Below are positions 50,862-61,931 of a stretch of 64,000 nucleotides of DNA, piece after piece. Under the pieces are notes generated by a model. It did no database searches, was not told the origin of the DNA, and saw only the letters and a list, made by a program, of their open reading frames with translations. The stretch comes from Marsupella aquatica. Taxonomy: Eukaryota > Plantae > Marchantiophyta. The translations under genes were made by a program, and so were the position numbers. How positions within the stretch are numbered: the first letter of the stretch is position 1; each line of letters begins with the position of its first letter. The stretch is from positions 4,497,708 through 4,561,707 of the forward strand of contig OZ316891.1 in NCBI GenBank assembly GCA_973895155.1, given 5' to 3'.

Positions 50862-53583
50862 GGTTAAGTTAAGGGTCATAGGTGGTATGTTGCATATCAA
50901 AGGACACTACATATGGCCTTTGGCCACATTTTGTATTTGCACCACAACCAATATTATTTCATTTTTGCACACCCCTAGCCCATTTTTGTGTGTGTTCTCT
51001 TTGCAATATAACTTTCAATTGTTTGCTCTGTTTTTAGAATGTGCGACCCTCTCCAAATATGTTACCACGGAGATTGAGAGCAACATATCGAGAAATGGGT
51101 ATGCCAGAAGAAGGACATGGATCAGAGTCACACTCCTCATCAAGTGCTAGTGGAAGCAGTAACCCTGATGAAGAGGTACCTCGGACGGATGAACAAGTAA
51201 CTGATGACCAGGATAGAGCCATGGATGACTTCATGGTTGATTGGTTTGGTGCCGACAACCCTGGTGATGACCTTCCCAATGAAGGGCAGGTGCCCCCTAA
51301 TGATCCACGCCCAAGACATACCCCTGAGGGACAACGCCAATGGGAAGAAGCAGAGGAACATGCCCAAACACCTATCTATGAGGGTGCTCGTTTGAGTCAT
51401 CTTTCAGCCATCTTGGGGTTGATGAACCTACAGGCCAAACACAAGGCAAGCAATGCCTTGTTATCTGATATGTTTGCACTTTGCCATGACCTTATGTTAC
51501 CCCCTGAGAATGTGTTGCCAACAACTTGGAAGGAGGCAAAGAGTGTTCTCTCATCTATTGGCATGGAATATCATATTGTTCATGCATGTGTGAATGATTG
51601 CATGTTATTTCATGGGGCCAATGCAAACATGACACAATGTACAACATGTGATGAGCCTCGCTATGACCCCAACATGCTAACAAAGAAGGTGCCAAGGAAG
51701 GCTGTTCGTTGGTTTCCCATCATTCCTCGGTTGTTGCACATGTATCGGTGTTCTGACATGGCAGAGTTGATGGTATGGCATAAGACTCATCGATTAGAGT
51801 TTGGTGTCATGCGGTTGCCAATTGACTCCCCTGCTCACAAACATATTGAGGCAACATGGCCAGACTTTGCACATGATCCTCGCCATGTGAGGCTAGGATT
51901 GGCATCTGATGGAGTTAGCCCTCATTCACTTGGAGGAAAGGGGCAACCTACATCAGTTTGGCCTGTGGTTGTCATGAATTATAACCTCCCACCATGGCTA
52001 TCCATGAAGAAGGGGTTTCTTTTATTGTCTTTGATTATCCCAGGTCCAAAAAAGGTGAAGAACTTTGACACTTACTTGGCACTATTGGTTGGAGAACTTC
52101 AAAAATTATGGAATGGAGTGTGGGCATATGATGGCAGGAAAATTACAGGAGGTTTTCCACGTGTCTTTCAATTGAGAGGGATCATTTGTTGGACAATGCA
52201 TGACTATCCTGGTAAGATGACTTCCATGCCATTTGCAACCCTTCAATAATGTGTAGTTCCTATTGTTGTTTCCCATGTGACAACCCTAACATAAAGTTTG
52301 CATGGTTTGATTTCTTCTATATGTAAGCAGGGTTTGGTTTTGTCTCTGGATTGCAAACTCAGGGGTACAAAGCTTGCTCTACTTGTGGCCCAAGCTTAGA
52401 GGACATGGCCACATATTGTTCATGGATTAGAAAGATTGTTTATATTGGGCATACAAAGTTTCTTCCCATGGGGCATGAGATGAGGTTTGACCCACTTCTA
52501 TTCTCCTCCTTTGACATGCCATTTGGTGATGAGCGTGAAATTCCTGATGCAACAAGTTTTGCACATTGGAAGTCACTAGCTGATAGGGTGGCAGACCCAA
52601 ATGATTCCTTCACCTTTGATAGGACAGGTTTGACCAGGTGGAGTATACTAGCCACTTTGCCCTATTGGTCTGAGTTGAAGATCCGCCATCTTTTAGACCC
52701 CATGCACATAGAGGGAAATGTGGGGAAGGCTTTGATAAAGCATTTTTATGGGGAGAAGGACACTAATTTTAGGGAGGCATGCGAGGAGATGGAAATGCAT
52801 CCAGATGTTTGGGTGACAACTGATCCTATCACAGGTGTGGAGAATCGCCTTCTGCTCCTTGGGTGTTGAGTGTTGGCCAAAGACATGAATTTCGGAACCG
52901 TATAGGAGAGATGCAGTTTCCTATAGGCTATGGTGCCAACCTTCGAAAAGCTTTTGGGATGGAGGACAATCACAAGTGGCCACGATATCTGAAGACACAT
53001 GACTATCATCGCCTATTGCAGCATATATTGCCAGTGGCAATTATAGATATAGGGAGTGAAGAAGTGCAAGATGCCATCTGGTCATTGGGTCGTTTGTTGA
53101 GATGGATATGCTCAAAGGAGATATATGTAGAAGAGATCCCTGGGATGGAGGTAGTGGCAGCTGAGGTGGTATGCAAGTTGGAGAAAGCCCTTCCTCCTTC
53201 CTTCTTTGATTGTCAGGTTCATTTACTTGTGCATCTTGTGCGGGAGGTTGCCATTGCAGGTCCAGTGCATTGTAGATGGATGTATTGGCTTGAGCGTTAC
53301 ATGGCGGTGTTGAAGGCTTATGTACGTAACCGTGCACGGGTGGAGGGAAGCATAGCTACAGGATACTTGGCAGCAGAGAGTATGTTTTATTGTAGTAACA
53401 TCTTGGCCACCATTGATCCTACTTGTCCACGTACTTGGATGGAGAAAAGTGAAGAGGAGGAGGACCGTTTAACAGGTGCCACAAAAACACGCATGTTGAC
53501 ATCAACAGAGTGGTCACAGTTGACAACATTTATGTTGAGTAATAGTAATATCATGGAGAAATGGAGAGAGTTTTATGAGAATG

Positions 53584-55940
53584 TGTGACGCCAATGACAT
53601 GGTCCTTATTTTGTAATCTGATTAAGTAGGTTGCTGTATGCAAGGAGTAGCTATTGATATTGCATAACAATTAGCAAGATGGCAAGAATAAGGGCAATCA
53701 TGGCGTTAAGAGTAGGGAAATAAAAGCTATGTCGCAGGTGGTCGGCGACCATATCTCTTTCAATATGTCACCAAATCCGGATCTGTAAAGAGCATTGGAA
53801 AGATCTGGTCAAGGCGAGTAAAATCGATATAAAACACTCGGGAAACGGAGGTGTATTAAGAAAGATACGGCCTGATTAGTGTGACAGGTTAACTTGTGGC
53901 CGGAATTAGCGGATTCGGCTTCAGTTTCGGGTTAACCCAAGCTCGACCACGGCTTAGCTTATGTGAGCACGGCTTCAGCTTAGCTCAGGTCAGCACGGCT
54001 TCAGCTTAGCTCAGGTAAGCACGGCTTCAGCTTAGCTTAGGTAAGCACGGCTTCAGCTTAGGCTTAACCCGGGTTCGGATTAGATTGATCCCGGGTTAGA
54101 CTTAACTCGGGGTCAGGTTAGCATAGGTAAGCTCGGGTTCGGGCTCAACTTAGGCTAGGATAGCGGATAGCGGATAGCGGGTGACGGCCTAACCCGAGAC
54201 CACGGGTTAGCTCTACTCGGGTTAGATAGGATAGCTAGGTTAGCCGAACTCGGGTTAGCTATGTAACTCGGGTTAGCGCAACAGTGAGTACCCCCTCTCG
54301 GTTACGGGGGCATAACTCTCTGTGTATTTGACCAAATCGGCTATAATTGACCTCGTTGGAAAGAGGAGCTCAAGCCGCTTCCAACGCTGCTATCCACGCA
54401 GAAAATGGTTAAATAGAGAAATCGGGAGAGGAGGCGCAAGCTTGCGAAAACTATGGAGGAGGGCCGAATCCGAAGTACATAGCCAATTCGAGATAGAAAT
54501 AAAGTTGCGAGTTAGGGTTCAGTAGTTAGAGATAGTGGCGGCTCTATTAGGGCTGGGATGGGGCTCCAGCAGCGTAGCATCCACCCATTTGGGCTCAATG
54601 AGAGAGTATATAGAGCATCCCTCCGGTAGAGGCCGGGGGGGGGACTTCAGTTGTGTGATCTCACTTAGACTGAGTAGCGGGGAGGAGCTCTGTGCAAGCA
54701 AGGCTGGACTTGGACGCTGCGTGTTGGGGAGAGCTTGGTTGTGCTATACTCAGGGAGTAATCAGCCAAGCTTCACAGCAACGGGTTGCTAGGTTTGCGAG
54801 CTGGATTGTGGCTCTTTCTAGTGGGCAGCACAACTGGGTTCTTTTCCCCCGATACAGAGCCTTGGTGATAGGTGATGTATTGGTGATTATAAACTGTGGG
54901 GAGGATTTCAATTCGATTTGCGGTGGGCACATTAGGGAGGCTGAGGTACTGATTAAGGGGCAGCAGGAGGAGCATTTACAGTTCAGTCTGGCAAGGCTAC
55001 GTGACCCATGGGGAGTCCCGGCCTTTGTCTGGTGGAGAGCACTAAGGGATCTATGGCCAGAGCTGAGCTTGCAGGGCAAGCGTGAGGCCGGGCCTCATTG
55101 CAGTCTGGGGTAGATCGCCGTTAGGCCTGGTACCAGCTTTGAAGTCGAGTCAACTATGCATGCGTAACTTGACGTTCTGAATTGGAGGTGTGAGATCTGT
55201 ATGTGCCCCCAAGAATGAAGTGCAGTGAAGGAGGTTGAGTTCAGGATTGAGCTTGCATGGCAAGCACGGGGCTTGCAGGGCAAGCACGTCACAATCTAGA
55301 GGAGACAGCCTTCGGCCCTAGTGTTCGGATCAAGTGTTCTTAGTGAACTATTGTGCACATCTTTGAATCTAATTGAGTTTTCCTCTCAGGCCTCATTTCT
55401 CTCATGGATGTGTGTGTGTGTGTGAGGCAATCTGAGTGTATGATGGAACTAGCAGCGCCACTGAGAGGTGTACCGGGTGCATTGAAGCGGGCTGGGTGAG
55501 GACTGTCATAGCTCTGATTGTTGAGAGTGGAATGGCAGAGTGGTGGGGCAATGGCTTAGAAGTCCCTAAGCCGGGAATCAGTCAGGAGTCACTGGTTTAT
55601 GGGTACATTCCGGCGGCGGAATAGAAACATACCTATGACAGTAAGCATATGTATAGACCTATGCGCACCGTAGCGCTAGGCCCTGTGTGTACGGGCCCGA
55701 TATGAAGACCCCTTCTCACCAGAACTATCATGAGCGCAGATCTGATCCCCAACCTCGGTTCCTTGGGATTGAGCTTGGGTGATGTGTGATAGAGTCTTGC
55801 TATGATAGTCTGGTGTTAAGGGCATAAACTGGTGTTTACCGGCATTCACAACATCCCTTCGTGATCCTCAGGTACAAGGAGATGGTTTTGGCACCCATAG
55901 TGACGTTTTTGGTGTTAAGACCCATGTCAATCGCGTGACA
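53584..55940 (+). mobile_element. Solo LTR (2,357 bp)
   Basis: TGTGACG...CGTGACA with a 5-bp TSD GAATG (53579-53583 and 55941-55945). Removal restores the transposase frame. Confidence 0.93.
53945..54280. repeat. Short tandem repeats in the LTR (26-bp gcacggcttcagcttagctcaggtaa; aactcgggttag units)
   Basis: Direct inspection: about 4 copies of the 26-mer followed by dispersed aactcgggtt units. Confidence 0.85.
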
Positions 55941-56097
55941 GAATGCCAAGAGAACAAGTCAAAGAGCAAGAATTTTTCCTAAGATGCATGAGTATATGAA
56001 GCAAAAGTTGCTTGAGTTGGATGACATGGTGACACAAGGAGGAGATGTATCCCACTTTCCTACCATCACAGATGACGTTCGGACCTTTGAGAGTGGA

Positions 56098-56806
56098 AAT
56101 GCCTCATCCACTCAAACTTGTCCATGCCATGCAAGAATTGTCCGCTTCCCGCTTTCTCCAAGATTCACCCAAACTCTAAGAAATGCATCTAATCGGTCAT
56201 ACGAGAAGCACCCAAGCATATCTATGGGAGGGAGGAAATGAGTTTCCTCTCGGAAGACCCTAGCAATATGTATGTTTGAGAGAAGGTTGGCATTAGGAAT
56301 GCTTGCGAGCATTTTGTTTATGTCATTGATCTCACGGATTGCATATTTCAATAGCGCCCAAAATCGTGTACCAACAACAAGATGGTTCCATTTCTTTGAG
56401 GTGGCTCCATTTCTTGTAACTATTGTTGTCGTCGTCTTGACAACAAGTACCACAAATAGGCTCACTTCTGTTGTAAAATTTGGAACGAAGACCCTTGGGT
56501 GAACCTTTCACGATGAGTGTTTCGACCTTTGCATTGAGGAGCGTCTTGTAAGGACATATTTAAATAAACAAGTCCTACCCTTGCGCAGCGAATATAATAC
56601 GTCACGAGTCCTAATCGTTAAACTATCGTGCAGGGTTGGTACTATGGATGTGTTCGGTTACACCTGGTGATTGAAGGTATTTTTATTGGTGGTTTTGGTA
56701 GCTCTGCTTCATGGCTGCGTCGGAGAATCTAATCATTGCAAAGATGGGATCCGTTTTAGCCCACGAGCGTAGGAAATATATTCGAGGAAAAGTGCCCGGT
56801 GTGGAA
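56098..56806. repeat. Rearranged duplicate of the F-box-like locus (direct part plus inverted part)
   Basis: 56098-56409 matches 61369-61680 directly; about 56410-56806 is the reverse complement of about 61836-62232. Confidence 0.92.
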
Positions 56807-56818
56807 ACATACATATTG

Positions 56819-59800
56819 CTAGGATGCACAACCCTGGCGAGAATTGAGGAGCGTAGCAGCTAATGTCAATCTGGTTTCACAACAAAGATCAATAACCCAA
56901 TCCTCTTTCTCAGAGAAATGGGAAACAAACCAAGCCCCCAAACCAACAGGCTTCTGATACGGGTTCACAAAAAATCCCAACGGATCAACGGACTTCTTGG
57001 TTACACATGGAACCTTGATGATATTGATGCGAGACTCATCCGGTTGGAAATTGTACATGTCCATGTTCCGAATGCCTTTCTCGCTATAGAAACCTATCGA
57101 CCAGTTCTCAAAACCCCACGCCAATCGAGCTCCAGCGGGACGCTCATGAATGTTAGTCTTCTCCTAGATTCCAGCCTCGACCCCACAGTTGCATACACTC
57201 TCCAGTGCAGACATCACCATATACGTTTGTTGTAGTGAATGGATTACAACAAACCTCCACTGCTTAGCGGTCGTCATCTTTGAGAAACTTGTCAACATGT
57301 CTAAAATGTCCTTTTCTATGAAGGCCACTTCATCAAACTCCGAACCAGGAGCATTAAAACCATACGAAATATCCGCAACCGCAAGGGTGTAAGCCCTTGG
57401 CTGAACAAAAGAATCCAAAATTCAAACATCACCAACATGGAGATAGTAGGGAAAAGAATCCCCGTCTGCATTTTTCCATGTTTGTTCAAATGCTTCTGCT
57501 GTGCCCTCGCCTAAGGACCTCAGCCGATTGTACTTATCGATTGCAACAAGCACAAAATTCTTAAACACATAAGGGATTTCAGCTGAGGGAACAATAACCT
57601 CCCCCGCAGAATTATAATTGACAGCCGGAACCACTTTGCTTTTCCTTTTTGAATTAATCTTCAGCTGTAAAAATGTCAGACACATCTACAGTTAGAATAG
57701 CGTGAGATGAATGCTAAAGCCGATAAAAATCTCACGATGGAGCACGCTAGCCGATAGATGCAATCGCTTAGAAACCAACAAAGGAATGCTAAAGCCGATA
57801 AAAATCTCGCAATGGAGCACGCTAGTTGATAGATTGAATCGCTTAGAAACCAACAAAGGAATGCTAAAGCCAATAAAAATCTCGCGATAGAGCATGCTAT
57901 GAGAGGAATGCTTACCGCGTCACTCAATTTCTCCGCCCATATGCCAAGGACCGAGACATCTATTTCGTTGGGAAACATTTCTCTGCATGTTGCCCAATCT
58001 GGCTGACCAGATATCTGCAAAAATAGTTCCTTCACCTTGGCAAGCTTTTTCAACTTCTCACCTTCCTTGTGCATTTGATCCAAAGAGATCACCTTCCCAA
58101 TAACCCTATTCAAGAGACGCTTGACATGCTCCTTATTTGACAGTCCTTGGAGACCTCGAAATGAATTTAAGTTGAGGTCACTAGCAAGTTTATTCATTTT
58201 AATCTCCCTTACCGTCAAAGGTTTTACCTTTCCCTTTGCGTTCGTCGTTGCCACAATTTTTTTGGGTTGTCCTAAGACAATACCTTTCTCCCACATCTGG
58301 AAAATCTGCTCCTGAAGATCCCAAATTTCACCTGTTCGGAAAGCAATTTGGAAAGCCGGATCATGTTTGGCCATGGAGTCACGAACTCCTGGCGTGTACT
58401 CCATCATGCATTCTTGACAACATGCTTTGCGGACATCTTTAGTCGAGCCTACACCCATTTCAAGGAAAATATTGTGACAAGCGCGAACTTGGTCAATTTT
58501 AGTCATGTTCTTCCGATACTCCTAGTCATAGTTATGCTGGAAGCCTAACTTTCGGACCTCGGATCTCGTAAGCCCAGCGTAAACCCAAGCTTCCAGCTCA
58601 CCATATATTTGCTTCCCGTACATTTTAAACAACTTGGACTTTGCCCGAGCACCATGATTCCCTCCAATAATTCTATACTTCCATACCCTTGACTTCAGGA
58701 TGTCCCAATCTGCGGTTGTGGGACAATCCTTTGGATCCACACACAGCACGAACGGGGCACTGAAGTTGGTGGGATTTTTCATGAGAAGTATCTTGATATT
58801 TTCCACATGCAATCTATCCACTGGTCCAATCAAAGTTGACAAATCCCCCTCCTCATCAAATATGAGATTGTCGACATGCAGAAGCACAGTTGTCCTTTGC
58901 ACCCTTCGTTGCATCAGAAGACTGAGCTCTACCTTGATCGCGTCCGTCTCATACATCGAAAGAGCCGTCTCCTCCTCCTGATCAGCCTACAAAAGCGTTG
59001 CAAATTCAATTAAGGAAAGAAACTGTGAGATTTTTATCGGAGTTCGCATTTGTTCAACATAACTCCACAATCCGCAATTTAGGAAATAAACAGCGAGATT
59101 TTTATCGGATTTCATATTTGTTAAACAGTACAACGACATAGTACTTACCAATGGCGCCGCGGGAAACCACGACTGGAACTGATGGAATTGACGGAGCTCT
59201 ATCTACTTCTGCAGCCACCATCTCAATCCAGCCAGTCCTCTTCCTCTTTGTGCTAAGTCCAGAACCAGATGGCCCGGATCCCTCGGATCCTTTACTTTCG
59301 CTTGGTTTAACGAATGGTCCTCGACGGTTGCCCCGGCCTCTCCCACTACCGCCAGTTTCCTGGCTCTTCTTCCCACCGTCAGAGGTTCCCGCGGCATCTC
59401 CCCTGCCGCTACCTCTCCTTTTCCCTCTTCTACTTCCCGAAACCCGACCAGAAGTTGTAGGTTCGTCCACGTCAATATGTGTAGAGGATTGCAATGGTTC
59501 TTTCCGCCCCGACATTTTATCGGCATTAGAACCACCGCTGCCACTTGAACCTGGTTTCTTGAAAACAATTTTGCGGACAGGTTTGAACTCTTCACCCACA
59601 AGTCTCTTGTACTCTGCGTTCACCCTTGGAAGCATGATGGCATCACAATCTTGCACATACTGGCCGATCCAAGCTGAACCCATAACATTCATCTCTCTTG
59701 CTGCCCAAACTTTGGCAACAAGGGGATCTTCTGGATAACTGTCCATCGATTTCTCATCAAAGTTATCGAGAGTAACAATGAGAGATGTGAAACCCTTGCG

Positions 59801-60118
59801 CCCACACATTGTCAAGAAACTAAGGCCCTCTGTCAACACTTTTCCCTCCCCGTGGCCAACCATGAACTTGACGACGGCAATAGCAATGATAGGGCCATAC
59901 GAAACATTAACCTTCGCCGATTTTTGCAACTGGACCCAAAGGATTGGGGTAGCACAATCTTCGAAACCCGTGGACTGTAATCTGGCGTCACGGAAGTACC
60001 ATGATTTCTTGATACACTTGACCTCTTCACAAATGTCTTCACTCGTCCAAATTGCATTGGTGAGGCTTGTCATGAGACTTTCTGCCTCAGCAGATCCACT
60101 CTTTCCACTAGCAGCCAT
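56819..60118 (-). pseudogene. ParB-like domain plus beta-class N4-cytosine/N6-adenine DNA methyltransferase fusion (spliced, 3 premature stops, 3' truncated)
   Basis: Exon 58986-57916 has KYRIIGGNHGARA (ParB-like). Exon 57664-56819 has YTLAVADISYG (motif IV; TCG is one transition from CCG, giving DIPY), NPYQKPVGL and WVIDLCCETRLT (motif I; three transitions from DLCCGTGST). The exon 2/3 splice is in phase. Joining exon 1 (60118-59149) needs a 1-nt indel. Confidence 0.8.
57690..57912. repeat. About 75-bp tandem repeat, 3 copies, in the MTase gene intron
   Basis: gaatgctaaagcc(g/a)ataaaaatctc(a/g)c(g/a)at occurs three times. Confidence 0.85.
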
Positions 60119-60354
60119 GGCAAAGTCTGCAAATAAACAAATTCCAATGCAAAGAGCGATAAAATTATCGCCGCCAATTTCACAGCACATGTGGACACGA
60201 CATCTCATCACACAAGGACAAAGAGACCCACAATTCAAATGACCGATAAAATTATTGCAAAAGTGAGCCTTCTTTAAATTGACGGCCGAGTGTACAGGTC
60301 GAAGAATCAGCTACGGAACCCTAAATCCAAAACCTTAACCCCTAAACCTAAACC

Positions 60355-61067
60355 CTAATCATAGTTGAACCTCGCCAGAGTGAAGCGTTCGATCCGCTTC
60401 TTGGGCCATTGGGGAATATGAGTGACGTGATGATCATAAGCCCACAGCCAATGGAAATCAACTTCACCAGTCTCAGGATTCACTATTGCTACTGAATACC
60501 GGCGTGACGGAATGTCACAACAAGCATTTGTGCAGCATGGACAGATCTCACCATTGGCAAGGACGTTCGTCCACAGGCAACTTACATAGATCAAGTTAAA
60601 GAGCGCACAGACCGGCTGGGGGGGAGTTGATGAATCTTGTATGAATATAGTTTCCCACCAGTGTCAATAAAAAACTCGGTGGCAAGATTATTGTCCAGCT
60701 CGTCAATCACATCCTGAATCTCATCGAATGCTCTACGTCTGTTGTCGGCATAGAATTCTGGATCATAAGCAGGATTGCCCTTCACAACATGACAGCAGTG
60801 GAGTATAAAACGTCTTACTGCACCGGTTTTCAGAAAGAGTAGGATAACTCTTCTAGAAAATCCAACATATCTATCCCACCGAAAATAAATTTCTCCCCCT
60901 ACCTGATCTACGTAGAAGTGAAATGCGTTATGGTAAAACAGTTTTACTACCAGCCTACATATCTTTAAAATTAGTGACTCATCCAGCCTCCTTAGCTGGT
61001 CCAGCATGGCTCCATTCCCCCATTCTGGAGGATCCAAGTAGGGTACAAAAATGCGTCGCTCGAGCAT
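60355..61067 (-). CDS. Hypothetical cargo protein(s) with a Cys-rich C-terminus (two abutting ORFs, possibly one frameshifted gene)
   Basis: ORFs 60591-61067 (158 aa) and 60355-60594 (CPCCTNACC) overlap by 4 nt. Confidence 0.45.
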
Positions 61068-61382
61068 GGCTTGATCACCGAATAGAAATCAGGAATAAAT
61101 TTTGGAGAACATACTAATTACAATTCTACAAGTTTCATCCAACTTTACAATACCTTGTATAACGGGCTGTGAAGCCAATGCACTTGTCAGCTAATCGTCC
61201 GAAGAGGCGCAAAAAAATATACTCTGGACCACACAACCCGAAGTCAGGGGAGGCAGAGTCAATTACATTCAAAGTGTTTCTTTACAAGCTCTTCTCGAGC
61301 AAACCTTAGAGCACCCAAAATCGACTAGAGGAATGAGGAGTGCAATAAATTTATCGGATGTTCGCAGCAATGCCTCATCCAC

Positions 61383-61931
61383 TCAGACTCGTCCATGCCA
61401 TGCAAGAATTGTCCGCTTCCCACTTTCTCCAAGATTTATCCAAACTCTACGAAACTGATCTAACTGCTCATACGAAAAGCACCCAAGCATATCTATGGGA
61501 GGGAGGAAATGAGTTTCCTCTTGGAAGACCCTAGCAATATGTATGTTTGAGAGAAGGTCGGCATTAGGAATGCTTGCGAGCATTTTGTTTATGTCATTGA
61601 TCTCACGGACTGCATATTTCAATAGCGCCCAAAATCGTGTACCAACAACAAGATGGTTCCATTTCTTTGAGGTGGCTCCAAGACAAATGATTGTTCTCAT
61701 TCGAGTCAGTCGTTCTTCTGGTAGAAGTTTTAGGTCAAGGCCAAGGTTTTCATCTTGTGTGCAAGACAAGGCTAGGAGGGGCCAAATGTGAGATTCAACG
61801 AGGTGATCGGGAAGTCCATTCAACAAACTTCCGCATTCCACACCGGGCACTTTTCCTTGAATATATTTCCTACACTCGTGGGCTAAAACGGATCCCATCT
61901 TTGCAATGATTAGATTCTCCGACGCAGCCAT
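61383..61931 (-). CDS. F-box-like protein (182 aa), intact ORF
   Basis: GSLLNGLPDHLVESHIWPLL...ICLGATSKKWNHLV resembles the F-box consensus LPDDL...IL..L...VSKRW..L. Confidence 0.55.
   Translation of the reverse strand: MAASENLIIAKMGSVLAHECRKYIQGKVPGVECGSLLNGLPDHLVESHIWPLLALSCTQDENLGLDLKLLPEERLTRMRTIICLGATSKKWNHLVVGTRFWALLKYAVREINDINKMLASIPNADLLSNIHIARVFQEETHFLPPIDMLGCFSYEQLDQFRRVWINLGESGKRTILAWHGRV

Larger units (their letters stand above)
45757..56097 (+). mobile_element. Autonomous-type CACTA/EnSpm element, right end missing
   Basis: CACTACAAC at 45757 followed by TTCGCA/TGCGAA subterminal repeats. Encodes TnpD-like and TnpA-like genes. No right TIR was seen; the sequence breaks into a rearranged duplicate at about 56098. 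Confidence 0.8.
51038..56097 (+). pseudogene. CACTA TnpD-like transposase (Transposase_21 plus DUF4218), interrupted by a solo LTR
   Basis: Motifs HACVNDCMLF, RHVRLGLASDGVSP, SVWPVVVMNYNLPPW, HDYPG (intron 52212-52330) FGFVSGLQTQGYKAC, LDPMHIEGNV, LKTHDYH and PPSFFDCQVHLLVHL..GPVHCRWMY.LER. Frameshift near 52860; continues EFYEN-AKRTSQ after LTR removal. Confidence 0.95.

Noticed and set aside
54535-55113. 192-aa ORF in the solo LTR
   Set aside because: Non-ATG start and no recognisable motif; probably a chance ORF in GC-rich LTR sequence.
56085-56097. GAGAGTG as the right TIR of the 45757 CACTA
   Set aside because: Poor match to CACTAC, no subterminal repeats, no TSD, and it lies within transposase coding sequence.
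56819-58986. Bacterial contamination as the source of the ParB-MTase
   Set aside because: The gene has in-phase GT-AG introns containing the element's own repeats and is embedded among eukaryotic transposons.
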